A stretch of 64,000 nucleotides of DNA. Source: an archaeon. Lineage in GTDB: Archaea > Aenigmatarchaeota > Aenigmatarchaeia > Aenigmatarchaeales > JACQIB01. The stretch covers positions 490,765 to 554,764 of the forward strand of contig DATDSO010000004.1 in assembly GCA_035291225.1 (NCBI GenBank). The letters are read 5' to 3'. A program made the position numbers and the translations under genes. Shown here in pieces: positions 37,335 to 46,303 of the stretch; positions within the stretch are counted from its first letter, which is position 1, and each line of letters starts with the position of its first letter. The notes beneath the pieces are model-generated. The model made no database searches. It saw only the letters and a program-made list of their open reading frames with translations, and was not told the origin of the DNA.

Positions 37335-37742
37335 ATGCAAACCTACGAAGAGCTTTTAGCAAGGGCAATGGAAAAAGTCCCGAAAGGCGCAGGCACAGGA
37401 GAGCGTTTTGAAATGCCTGCTGCAGATATTGCTTTGCAGGGCAACCAAACGATTTTCAAAAACTTTTCTGTTGTTGCGGAAAAGCTCAGGCGCGAACCAA
37501 AGCACTTGCTAAAATTTCTTTCAAAAGAGCTTGCGATCCCGGGAGCAATTGATGGGGGGCGCGCTTTGTTTGATACAAAACTGCAGGCCGCAGCTGTGCA
37601 GAAAAAGCTCGAGTCCTATGTGAAAGAATTTATAATCTGCAAAAGCTGCGGTAGGCCTGACACAAAATTGGTGACTGAAAACAGAATTGCAATGGCAAAG
37701 TGCGAGGCATGCGGGGCGAGGAATTCTGTGAGGGAGATTTGA
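37335..37742 (+). CDS. eif2b: Translation initiation factor aIF-2 beta
   Basis: YEELLARA, ERFEMP, LKFLSKELA, CKSCGRPDT...CEACGA. Confidence 0.95.
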   Translation: MQTYEELLARAMEKVPKGAGTGERFEMPAADIALQGNQTIFKNFSVVAEKLRREPKHLLKFLSKELAIPGAIDGGRALFDTKLQAAAVQKKLESYVKEFIICKSCGRPDTKLVTENRIAMAKCEACGARNSVREI

Positions 37743-37830
37743 TTTTGCCGATTGCATGAAGAGCTTTCCATAAATTATGTGTTGCAAAAATATTGCCAAA
37801 AAAAGTTTTAGTAAACTAATTTTCTTTTCC

Positions 37831-37873
37831 CACATTAGTTAGCGAGGCTCATGGGTTTACCCTGAGCCGAGCT
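37831..37873 (-). repeat. Hairpin element copy
   Basis: Minus strand AGCTCG-GCTCAGGG-TAAA-CCCATGAGC-CTCGC-TAACTAATGTG, starting immediately after the RFC-L stop codon. Confidence 0.75.
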
Positions 37874-38893
37874 TCATTTAATTAAATTTAAAATCCTCTC
37901 CTCTCCCGCAAACTTCCTAACCGAGCAATGATTCTCCCTCGCTGCTGACAAAATTTCCTCAACAGCTTTAGCGGCCCAAAATCTTGCAGGCGGCTTGAAA
38001 GCGACATAAGTTGTAGATTTTTTTATTGTTGAAATCGAAAGCAAAACCTCCATAAAGTTTTTGCTTTTTCTTCTCAAAATATCCGCGCGGCTTATAATTT
38101 CAAAAGCCTCTGCTCGTGCGGCCGGAGTTGTGAAAACCGCAGAAGCATTTTCTCGCACCCAAGCAAAAATCTCATCCGAATCAGAAGAGCAGTTTTCTAT
38201 TGCTTCGCGCGCCTGCTCTCTTGGGCCGAAAAATATTTTCCTTAAAGTGTCATAAATATTTTTTTCTCTTTCTCTTAAACCAGAAAGATTTTTTGTCAGA
38301 GAAAAAGTTTCCAAATCTATTAGCGCGGCACGACAGTCTCCCTCTTCTGAGAAAATTTCAGCCTCGCCCGCTAGGGAAATTTTCTCCAGCTCTGCAATTT
38401 TTTTCACAAGCTTTTCCAAAGGTAGAGCAGGAATTTTTTTCATGTTTATAATTTCGCACGCCTGCTTTAGCGTTTTTAGTTTTGGCTCGTAAATATCGTT
38501 TGCTGTTAGGATTACAGGGAAGCTGCTGGTTTGAATAATTTTCAAAATGGCAGGCGCGCCCCCGCGGTCGCCAGCTGAAAGTCCATCCACTTCGTCAATC
38601 AAAACAATTTTTCCGCGCCTGAAAAGGCTTTGCTGGCGAACAGCCTGGCCAATTGTTTTTTCTATTTCATCCGCGGAGCGCTCATCAGAAGCATTTAGCT
38701 CAATCAAATCCCAGCCTTTTTCCAAAGCAAGCGCGCGGCAGAGCGAGCTTTTTCCAACTCCGGGCGGGCCGTGCAGAAATAATCCTTTGCCTTTTTTCCA
38801 GTGCTCGAGCCAGAAAAGAATTTTCACAATTGCTTCCTCTTGGCCGATTAAATCAGAAACTTTTTTCGGGGAGTATTTGTTAAGGAGGCGCAT
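37874..38893 (-). CDS. rfcL: Replication factor C large subunit (short form)
   Basis: KYSPK, GPPGVGKS, IELNASDER, IDEVDG, PVILTAND, GDCRAALIDL. Confidence 0.88.
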   Translation of the reverse strand: MRLLNKYSPKKVSDLIGQEEAIVKILFWLEHWKKGKGLFLHGPPGVGKSSLCRALALEKGWDLIELNASDERSADEIEKTIGQAVRQQSLFRRGKIVLIDEVDGLSAGDRGGAPAILKIIQTSSFPVILTANDIYEPKLKTLKQACEIINMKKIPALPLEKLVKKIAELEKISLAGEAEIFSEEGDCRAALIDLETFSLTKNLSGLREREKNIYDTLRKIFFGPREQAREAIENCSSDSDEIFAWVRENASAVFTTPAARAEAFEIISRADILRRKSKNFMEVLLSISTIKKSTTYVAFKPPARFWAAKAVEEILSAARENHCSVRKFAGEERILNLIK

Positions 38894-38924
38894 GGTTTTG
38901 TATGGGAGTTAAAGAATAAATAGA

Positions 38925-39482
38925 TTATGCGCCTAAAGGAATTCCTGCGTCAACGCGCTGCGGGCGGAATCTTTCAAACAAAATTCTTTTTGCTTCTTCG
39001 AAATCTTTTTCATCATCGCCTTTTAATTCAATAACATCATAGCCAGCATTTATTTCTGGTTCTTCCCAAACTCTTATCCAATCATCTAATGTGTAAGGGC
39101 TGTTGACATCATAACCACTTTGCTTCCATCTTTCTCTTAAAACTTCTTTGTCAGCTCTAACTACAATCAAAGTTTTTTTGGAAGGATTTTCTCCAAAAAA
39201 TAAATCTCTATAACGTTTATTCCAATTTGTGGAATCAACTACAACATCTTCTTCACAATCTATTGTAGCCCAATTTGCAAGATGTTTCATTGCATAAAAA
39301 AGTCTATCATCGCTTTTTGCGGCATAGCTTGTGGGCCACTCCGGTCCGTAAACGCTTTCGCGGATATCGTCGCTTCCAACTCTGTAGAAGCCAAATTCTT
39401 CTCTCAGAAATCTGGCTATCCGCGTTTTGCCTGCCCTTGGCAGTGAGCTCATTACAGCGAGATTAACTGGTTGCCCTTCCAT
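38925..39482 (-). CDS. AAA_33-type P-loop kinase
   Basis: SSLPRAGKT, SDDIR, VVVDSTN, LRER lid. Confidence 0.75.
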   Translation of the reverse strand: MEGQPVNLAVMSSLPRAGKTRIARFLREEFGFYRVGSDDIRESVYGPEWPTSYAAKSDDRLFYAMKHLANWATIDCEEDVVVDSTNWNKRYRDLFFGENPSKKTLIVVRADKEVLRERWKQSGYDVNSPYTLDDWIRVWEEPEINAGYDVIELKGDDEKDFEEAKRILFERFRPQRVDAGIPLGA

Positions 39483-39575
39483 GATAATTATTTGAGCAGA
39501 AGTTCTATATAAAGCTTTGCCACTTATTAATAGTTAAGATATTTCTCAGGGTTTCAATTCCACGCAAAGTATAAT

Positions 39576-39679
39576 AGCTCGCGCTCAGGCTAAAGCCGTG
39601 AGCGCTCGCAGTCATCATGTAAGAATATTTTTGTTCCATATTAGTTTGCAAGGCGCATAGGTTTACCTCGCGCCGAGCT
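39576..39679. repeat. Inverted doublet of the hairpin element (39576-39621 +, 39637-39679 -)
   Basis: AGCTCG-CGCTCAGGC-TAAA-GCCGTGAGCG-CTCGC and, on the minus strand, AGCTCG-GCGCGAGG-TAAA-CCTATGCGC-CTTGC. Confidence 0.75.
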
Positions 39680-39713
39680 TCTGTTTTATAAATTCCCCTG
39701 CAAAAATTTCTTT

Positions 39714-40040
39714 ATGGCGCAAAGTGTGAAAGGCTCTCGTCGCGAGCGGGAACTTCTTAGAATTTTGCAGGAGCAAGGATTTATTGTTCACCGCGTGGCA
39801 GGCTCTGGAGTCGGGGAAAAAGCAATCTGCGATTTGGTTGCTGTGAAAGAAGGAAAAGCTTTTTTCTATGAATGCAAGAGCAGGAAAAAATATTATTATC
39901 CGCGGGAGGACAGCGAGCAATTGCGCGCGCTGATTGATTCTGCGAAAAAAGCCGGTGCAGCTGCCGTGCTTGCTGTGAAAATAAATCACAAGGATTGGAA
40001 GTTCTTGGAATTGGGGGAGGAAGTTCCGGAGAAGATTTAA
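39714..40040 (+). CDS. hjc: Archaeal Holliday junction resolvase
   Basis: KGSRRERELL, RVAGSG, DLVA, ECKS. Confidence 0.93.
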   Translation: MAQSVKGSRRERELLRILQEQGFIVHRVAGSGVGEKAICDLVAVKEGKAFFYECKSRKKYYYPREDSEQLRALIDSAKKAGAAAVLAVKINHKDWKFLELGEEVPEKI

Positions 40041-40070
40041 ATACATTCTTCAGTAAATTTTTACGATTTT

Positions 40071-40604
40071 ATGGAAGAAGATGTTGCCACACCAGTCAGC
40101 GAACAGGTTTACGAGAGGCCGGGTGATTTCTCCTTCGGAGGCTCTTATGAAGTTTTAGATGCTGGAGACGGAATAACTCATGTAAAACCGGAAGCAGAAC
40201 TTTCTGATGGAAGGCAGGATTATGATATTGTAGATCAAAACGGCAACAGGCTTTTCTGGTTTTTTGTTGAGGAAGTTATACCAAAGACCATCGTAAGAGG
40301 TCCGACTTCGCTGCAAATCCATGAAAGAAATTTTAATGAATATATTTTTAGTATGCTCAAAGGGTATACTTATTGCGAAAAGCCTGCGAGGAGAATTACC
40401 AAGAAATACAGATTTGACAGCAAGGAGATTGATGATGCTTTGAGAGTGGGGGCGTGTTGCATGGATCTGCATATTGAAATAGATGGGGCTGAACAAGAAA
40501 GATTGGAACGGGGAATTGAAGTGCAAGTTGTGAAAGATTTGAACGGAAATGAACTTGTTAGATTCGTGGGAAATCCTGCGCCTTACAAGCATGAAACTAA
40601 ATAA
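40071..40604 (+). CDS. Hypothetical protein
   Basis: 177-aa ORF with TTTAAATA upstream. Confidence 0.6.
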   Translation: MEEDVATPVSEQVYERPGDFSFGGSYEVLDAGDGITHVKPEAELSDGRQDYDIVDQNGNRLFWFFVEEVIPKTIVRGPTSLQIHERNFNEYIFSMLKGYTYCEKPARRITKKYRFDSKEIDDALRVGACCMDLHIEIDGAEQERLERGIEVQVVKDLNGNELVRFVGNPAPYKHETK

Positions 40605-40712
40605 GTTATTTGAGAGCGCAGGAAAGGCAGGCTAAAAAAATCCTAAAAGGTTGTGGAAAAAATTGGCTCAGAAATCTTAAGTATTTAAAATCTTCTTCCT
40701 AACTGCAATCAC

Positions 40713-40861
40713 AGCGGGATGGGGCAGCCTGGAGTGCCCGTCGGGCTCATAACCCGAAGGTCCTCAGTTCAAATCCCAAGCCTTTTTCTCGAAAAAGGCT
40801 AGGGCTTATCCAAAAAGGAAAATTGCAATATTAGGATAAAAAAATCTGAGTCCCGCTACCA
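40713..40861 (+). tRNA. Initiator tRNA-Met(CAU) with a 71-nt T-loop intron (about 40774-40844)
   Basis: A1-U72 acceptor AGCGGGA/TCCCGCT plus ACCA; TCGGG-CTCATAA-CCCGA with three G-C pairs; T stem CTCAG/CTGAG. Confidence 0.9.
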
Positions 40862-40899
40862 AATTAAATCTTTTTATCCTCCCGAAACATATATTTTCT

Positions 40900-41487
40900 A
40901 TGCCAATTGTTTCTGAAGAGCACGGCAATTATCTTTTGAGAGTCAGCCGCGTTGCGATTCAAAATTATATTCAGCACAACAGAAAAATCGCAAAGCCTGT
41001 AAATACACCTCCTGAATTAGAATTGTCAGCGGGAATTTTTTTGAATCTTTACAAAAAAGTTCCAATTGCGGAATCTGGCGAATTAAGGGGGAGCGCTGGG
41101 ATTCCTTTTGCGCAAAAAGATTTGATAGAAGCTGTGATAGAATCTTCTGTCGATGCGGCCGCGCATTCGAAATTTTCTCCAGTAACAATGCAGGAAATGC
41201 CTGTGGTAAAAATTGAGCTGCATATTCTGAACGAGCCGCAGCTTCTCCAATACAAAAATGATGTTGACTTTTTTGGAAAAATAAAAATTGGTACACATGG
41301 ATTTCTTTTGAATAAGGCTGGAAAAACCGGAATAATGCTTCCCTCAGTTCCGCTAAAGAAAAAATGGAGCGCGCGCGAGGCTTTGGATAATTTGTGCGTT
41401 GACTATGGGTTAAAGCCCGAAAGTTGGAAGGATCCGTCCGCGCGCGTTTGGATTTTTTCCACGCAGGTTTTCAGGGATAAGAATTAA
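40900..41487 (+). CDS. AMMECR1/TIGR00296 family protein
   Basis: GIFLNL, ELRGSAGIP, IELHILNEP, IGTHG, GIMLPSVP, FSTQVF. Confidence 0.82.
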   Translation: MPIVSEEHGNYLLRVSRVAIQNYIQHNRKIAKPVNTPPELELSAGIFLNLYKKVPIAESGELRGSAGIPFAQKDLIEAVIESSVDAAAHSKFSPVTMQEMPVVKIELHILNEPQLLQYKNDVDFFGKIKIGTHGFLLNKAGKTGIMLPSVPLKKKWSAREALDNLCVDYGLKPESWKDPSARVWIFSTQVFRDKN

Positions 41488-41546
41488 AAAATCTTAGTTT
41501 TTCAAAAGCTTTAAATACTAGAAGGTAGTATTAATTTTAGATAAAT

Positions 41547-41945
41547 ATGCCACGAATTTTGATTGTTGAAGACGATGATACTTTTCAACGCGTCTATAAA
41601 GAAATGTTAGGCCCACTCGTTGGAGGAAAAGGTAATGTGGATATCGCGGGCGATTATGAAACTGCAATTTCTATGCTTGATAGAAATGTTTATGATGCTC
41701 ATGTTCTTGATGGAAATTTTCCTCGAAACTCTCAGAGCGGGGCGCAACGATTAGGAATTGAAATGGCAAATGAAATTAAAGGAAGAACAGGAACATATGA
41801 GAGGATAGTCATGTGCACTGGCGATTCTCGGATGGTGAGTGAAGCAGAGCGTTTGGGCATTAAGGCAGTCGATAAAGGTAGAGCTGAAAAACTGCCGCAA
41901 GTTGTAGAATCAATTTTACAAATTCAAGCTAAAGATGGCGCTTAA
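41547..41945 (+). CDS. Stand-alone response-regulator receiver protein
   Basis: RILIVEDD, YDAHVLDG (phospho-Asp), CTG, K. Confidence 0.85.
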   Translation: MPRILIVEDDDTFQRVYKEMLGPLVGGKGNVDIAGDYETAISMLDRNVYDAHVLDGNFPRNSQSGAQRLGIEMANEIKGRTGTYERIVMCTGDSRMVSEAERLGIKAVDKGRAEKLPQVVESILQIQAKDGA

Positions 41946-42038
41946 TTTTTAAAATTGATACGCGCCAAAATTTCTAAAATTTATAACACCGCAATTTTCT
42001 GGCATAAGCTTTATAAATGGGTAATTCTAAGAGAAATT

Positions 42039-42422
42039 ATGCCAGCAAAAGGTCCAAATCAATGGGTACAAATCAGTGGCTACCTGTTCATACTGGGAGT
42101 CTTAGTCTCAGTTGTCGCAGGTGTCATGCCTGGTGTGATCCCGAGCGCCGATGTAATCCTAGTCATACTAGGAGCTGTCGTTGGTCTGCTCGGAGCACTT
42201 GGAACTGGCTCAATAGATAGAGGAGAGGCAGAAAGCTTCCTGCTTGCAGCAGTAGGTCTTATTGCTGTCGGAGCATCAGGAGCTGCGTTATCAAACTTCC
42301 CTGGAATCGGTGAAACATACTTGAAGCCGATTGTCCAGAACATCGCAGTCTTCGTCGCACCTGCAGTAGTCTTAGTTGCCTTGGAAACTATCTGGAGAGC
42401 AGGCTCAGTAAGACTGAGCTAA
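42039..42422 (+). CDS. Small 4-TM membrane protein
   Basis: Four hydrophobic helices, FVAPAVVLVAL; TTTATAAA about 28 nt upstream. Confidence 0.75.
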   Translation: MPAKGPNQWVQISGYLFILGVLVSVVAGVMPGVIPSADVILVILGAVVGLLGALGTGSIDRGEAESFLLAAVGLIAVGASGAALSNFPGIGETYLKPIVQNIAVFVAPAVVLVALETIWRAGSVRLS

Positions 42423-42487
42423 TTTGAATTTTAATTTTTCTTATTTTTTTGTTGCCTAGGCTTGCCAATATTTTTCTTTTTTAATTC

Positions 42488-43345
42488 ATGCGCAAATATC
42501 ATTTTATGTCGTTCAAAGAAAAATTGTCATTGGAATTGAAAGGGAGAATGGATGAAAAAGAACTAAAGCTTCTGCCAGCCGGCTGCCGCTTTATAGGTAG
42601 TGTTATTATTCTAAAGCTGCCGCCCGCACTTTTGAAAAGGAAAAAAATCATCTGCTCTGAAGTTTTAAAATTTTTTCCTTATATGAAAACTGCCTGCATA
42701 GAGGAAAAAATTTTTGGCTCAAGAAGACAACCGAAAATAGAAGTTATTGCTGGCGCGCGCAAAACTGAAACAATTTTAACCGAGCATGGCTGCCGCTTGA
42801 TTATGGATCCTGCGAAAGTCATGTTTTCTGTTGGAAACAAATTTGAGAAAGAGCGCCTGCTAAAAATCTGCAAACCAAATGAAACAGTAGTGGATATGTT
42901 TGCAGGAATTGGCTATTGGACAGTTCCGATTGCAGAATTCTGCCGGCCAAAGAAAATTTTTGCGATAGACAAAAATAAAATTGCTGTGGAATATTTGGAA
43001 AAAAACTGCAAGCTGAATAAAGTTTCTGGGAAAGTTGAAATTTTGCAGGGTGATTGCAGGAAATTTTCACATATTCTAGAGTCAAAAGCTGATAGAATAA
43101 TAATGGGCTGGATTTTTGAAACGGAAAAGTTCCTTCCTTTTGCTTTGAGAATAGCAAAAAAGAAATGTACGATACATTTTCACAGGATTTTGCACCCTAG
43201 CGATTTGCCGGCTTTGAAGAAAAGGATTTTGCTTATAGCAAAAAAACAAAAATGCAAAATTAAATTTTCTGCTGTGCGGCAGGTTAAAACTTATTCGCCG
43301 AGGCAGAGGCATTTTGTTTTGGATATTATAGCTTTAAAATCCTAA
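42488..43345 (+). CDS. taw2: Met10+-family SAM transferase, Taw2/TYW2-like
   Basis: KVMFSVGN, VVDMFAGIGYW, ADRIIMG, TIHFH. Confidence 0.7.
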   Translation: MRKYHFMSFKEKLSLELKGRMDEKELKLLPAGCRFIGSVIILKLPPALLKRKKIICSEVLKFFPYMKTACIEEKIFGSRRQPKIEVIAGARKTETILTEHGCRLIMDPAKVMFSVGNKFEKERLLKICKPNETVVDMFAGIGYWTVPIAEFCRPKKIFAIDKNKIAVEYLEKNCKLNKVSGKVEILQGDCRKFSHILESKADRIIMGWIFETEKFLPFALRIAKKKCTIHFHRILHPSDLPALKKRILLIAKKQKCKIKFSAVRQVKTYSPRQRHFVLDIIALKS

Positions 43346-44141
43346 AATCAATCCTAACTTTCTGCAGCCGCGGCGCATAAGGCAGAACTTTCTGCCGGCC
43401 AATAAATTTTATTTTTGTTTTATGGCTGGCGCAGATTTTCTTTATTTTTGCTTCGACATCAGCAAACAAATTTTTCTGTTCAGAAATCGCATAGACTTGA
43501 ATAGTTGCTCTCTCTTTTGTTCCACGCTTCGCCCATGCGAGCGCTTCGGGCAGAAATTCTAGGCTGCTTTCAGGAAGTGGCATAATAATTCTGTCAAATT
43601 TATAAACCTGTTTAGAAAGACACTCTCCATCGCTAACATCTCCATAAATATTTTCCGCGTTGCTAATTTTATTTAGTTTCAAATTTTCATCAGCATACTT
43701 TACAGCAATTTTGTTAAGTTCAATTCCAACAACTTCACACGATGGGCGGGCTTTTCCAATATACACCAACAAAGGCCCGATGCCGGAAAACATTACAAGA
43801 ACTCTTTCTTTCGGCTTTACTAAAGCAGCAATACGCGCCCGCTCCTCTGATTCTCGTGGGGAAAAATAAACTTTTCGCGGATCCAGCTTGAAAAGAAATC
43901 CATGCTCCTTATGCAAAACTTCTGTATTCTTAGAGCCAGCCAGAAGTTTTAATTTATAAATCCTGAATGCGCCAGCGCGGCCGGAAGTTTTTCCCAAAAC
44001 TGTTTTCACGTGCGCGTGGCGGCGTAAAATTTCACGCGCAATTTCTTTTGTGTTTTTCTTTTTGTAAATGTCTACAACAGCAACAGCTCTGCCGGCTGAG
44101 CCGATTAAATCGTATGCAATTCTGGTAGCGGGGTTTCGCAT
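43326..44141 (-). CDS. trm5: Trm5-family tRNA m1G37 methyltransferase lacking the N-terminal D1 domain
   Basis: YDLIG, EVLHKEHG, KVYFSPRESEER, VMFSGIGP, DRIIMPLP. Confidence 0.75.
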   Translation of the reverse strand: MRNPATRIAYDLIGSAGRAVAVVDIYKKKNTKEIAREILRRHAHVKTVLGKTSGRAGAFRIYKLKLLAGSKNTEVLHKEHGFLFKLDPRKVYFSPRESEERARIAALVKPKERVLVMFSGIGPLLVYIGKARPSCEVVGIELNKIAVKYADENLKLNKISNAENIYGDVSDGECLSKQVYKFDRIIMPLPESSLEFLPEALAWAKRGTKERATIQVYAISEQKNLFADVEAKIKKICASHKTKIKFIGRQKVLPYAPRLQKVRIDFRILKL

Positions 44142-44848
44142 GAACGAACTTGAGGCGCAGTGTTAAAAGCTTTTTGCTTTCTACATGGAACATCAATTCC
44201 CAAGAATGATTCTGGTGAAATAACATTTAGAGGGTTAGTTTCTCCTCTAGAATTGTATTGTAAAGACATATTATCACCATCGACCTTTATTTCAAGCCTG
44301 CGTCTAACTATACCTAGAAATGCCGGATCATATGTCATTATAGTAACATCTCCGCATGCCCTCGCAATAAAAGCATGAATATCATCTTCTACTCTTTCCA
44401 TGAATTCGCGCCCCACATCAGTTTCATATAATTTTTCAAAAAGTTTTCTTGCCATAAGATTTTTCTTTCCTAATTTCATTTTCTTATAACCATCCAGACC
44501 GCCTATGCACAAATCAAAATATTCTTGCAGAGAGGCGCAGGGTCCATCACGTCTTTTCTGTGCTTTTGACACGATGGAACTATAAGTTTGTTCCGCGCAT
44601 AATTCAGAAATAAATATTGTTCTTTTTTCTTCAACTAGCCTGTCAAATGCTCTGGCAACATTTTCGTAATTTTTTGCATGCTCGCAGCTTTCCATTTTCA
44701 GAAGAGTTAGCAATACAGAAGCGTCTACATAGACAGATTTTACTTCCCCTCTCGGTAAATACGATATATCCATCTTTTTGCATGGGCGCGTTTCTTCAGT
44801 AATGTTTGGCAGAACAACTGCCCGATAAAAATCTGTCCCAAAAGGCAT
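44105..44848 (-). CDS. PIN-domain-like protein
   Basis: VYVDASVL, E, DDIHAFIA, TIMTYD acidic pattern. Confidence 0.55.
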   Translation of the reverse strand: MPFGTDFYRAVVLPNITEETRPCKKMDISYLPRGEVKSVYVDASVLLTLLKMESCEHAKNYENVARAFDRLVEEKRTIFISELCAEQTYSSIVSKAQKRRDGPCASLQEYFDLCIGGLDGYKKMKLGKKNLMARKLFEKLYETDVGREFMERVEDDIHAFIARACGDVTIMTYDPAFLGIVRRRLEIKVDGDNMSLQYNSRGETNPLNVISPESFLGIDVPCRKQKAFNTAPQVRSCETPLPELHTI

Positions 44849-44890
44849 TGAATGCGTTTAATTTAAAACCTTAAAAATCCATTTTTCTCT

Positions 44891-45616
44891 ATGCTTTACC
44901 TAATAGGTCTTGGTATTGGGAATGAGAAAGATTTGACTCTGCGGGAAATAGAAATCGCGCGCACGTGCGAGTGCTTTGCAGAGCTCTACACAAGCAAGTG
45001 GGTAGGCTCGCTTGCAGAGCTTGAGAGAATGATAGGGAAAAAAATAAATCTATTGAAAAGAAATGAAGTTGAAATAAAAGTTTCTGATATTCTAGATATG
45101 GCAGAAAAAAAAGATGTTGCTGTATTTTTTCCCGGCGATCCGCTTGCTGCAACAACTCATACGGAATTTTTAATTTCTGCCAGAGAAAGAAAAATCCCTG
45201 TAAAGGTTTTGCACAACAGCTCGATTTTTTCCGCTGTTGCTGAAACAGGCTTGCAGCTTTACAAATTCGGAAAAACTGCTACAATTCCTTTTTCAGGAAA
45301 GCTTGAGAATATGAAAAATATTTTGAAAGAAAATAAAAAAGTTGGGGCGCATACGCTCCTGCTTTTGGATTTGGATGCAGAGGCAGGCTTGTATATGAGC
45401 GCAGCGGATGCCGTAAAAATTCTTTTGAAAGAAAAAATTCTGAAACCTTCTGACAAAATCGTTGCAGCGGGCGCGCTCGGGACAGAAAATTCTGAAATTG
45501 TTTTTGCGCCGGCAAAAACTTTACTGGAGAAAGAAATTTCAACGCCTGCTGTGCTAGTTGTTTCCGGGAAACTTCATTTCAGGGAGAAAGATTTTTTGGA
45601 AACGATTAAGGTTTAA
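44891..45616 (+). CDS. dph5: Diphthine synthase
   Basis: MLYLIGLG, ELYTS, GDPLAATTH, GLQLYKFGKTATIP, HTLLLLD. Confidence 0.95.
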   Translation: MLYLIGLGIGNEKDLTLREIEIARTCECFAELYTSKWVGSLAELERMIGKKINLLKRNEVEIKVSDILDMAEKKDVAVFFPGDPLAATTHTEFLISARERKIPVKVLHNSSIFSAVAETGLQLYKFGKTATIPFSGKLENMKNILKENKKVGAHTLLLLDLDAEAGLYMSAADAVKILLKEKILKPSDKIVAAGALGTENSEIVFAPAKTLLEKEISTPAVLVVSGKLHFREKDFLETIKV

Positions 45617-45648
45617 ATACCTATAATTAGAAATCAGGATGTGAAATT

Positions 45649-45885
45649 ATGTCAACGAGAGCATTGCACCCTGTTCCTATGAATTTAACTCCAGAAGAAA
45701 TTACAGCAAGAATGAATATTCTTGGAGGAGGACGTATGGTGAGGCGGGTTTATTTGGAAGCCGCGCCTCCATCTTACGAAAGAGACGGCGTGCCTATGCA
45801 AAATGTTATTGTTGTTGAATACCATGACAAGCCAAAAGATTTCAGACCTCAACCTCGAATAGATGGCATAGATTATGTGAGGTAA
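45649..45885 (+). CDS. Small hypothetical protein
   Basis: Own TTTAAATA element; lies between dph5 and DUF357. Confidence 0.5.
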   Translation: MSTRALHPVPMNLTPEEITARMNILGGGRMVRRVYLEAAPPSYERDGVPMQNVIVVEYHDKPKDFRPQPRIDGIDYVR

Positions 45886-45917
45886 TTTTTCTGTCAAATA
45901 TTGTAAAGCCTGAAGAT

Positions 45918-46148
45918 GTGACAAAATGGCTTGAAAGAATTGAGAATGTTTTGGAAAATATTTCTTCGCTTTCAGAAAAAGGTGAGGAAGTAATTGAAAA
46001 TGCGCGCGCTTATGTTTCTGACTGCAGGCATTTTTTTGAAAAGGAAAATTTAGTTCTGGCTTTCGAATGCATGGTGCATGCCTGGGCAATTTTGGAAACC
46101 GCGCGCGAGCTTGGGGCAGTTGATTTCGAAAACAACAAAACTTTATGA
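45918..46148 (+). CDS. DUF357 family protein
   Basis: ARAYVSDCRHFFEKENLVLAFECMVHAWAILE; usual neighbour of dph5. Confidence 0.75.
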   Translation: MTKWLERIENVLENISSLSEKGEEVIENARAYVSDCRHFFEKENLVLAFECMVHAWAILETARELGAVDFENNKTL

Positions 46149-46303
46149 ATTCTTTCACTCCCAATTGGTGCCGAAAGCTTTAAATACTACCTCTGTACAT
46201 ATATTTGATAGAGTTTTGTTATCCTTTCAGGATGATAAAACTTCAGCGGCTTTAGGTTTAAATCCTTTGCCACTGAACGAAATTAAAACAAAATGTGATT
46301 AAA

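Noticed and set aside
34494..38893. Inteins in MCM or RFC
   Set aside because: Protein lengths are normal or short and no intein splice motifs interrupt the P-loops
37831..39679. Calling the hairpin elements bona fide integron attC cassette sites
   Set aside because: RYYYAAC/GTTRRRY boxes are not clearly present, orientations are mixed, they flank a core gene (rfcL), and there is no integrase in the window; kept only as an analogy
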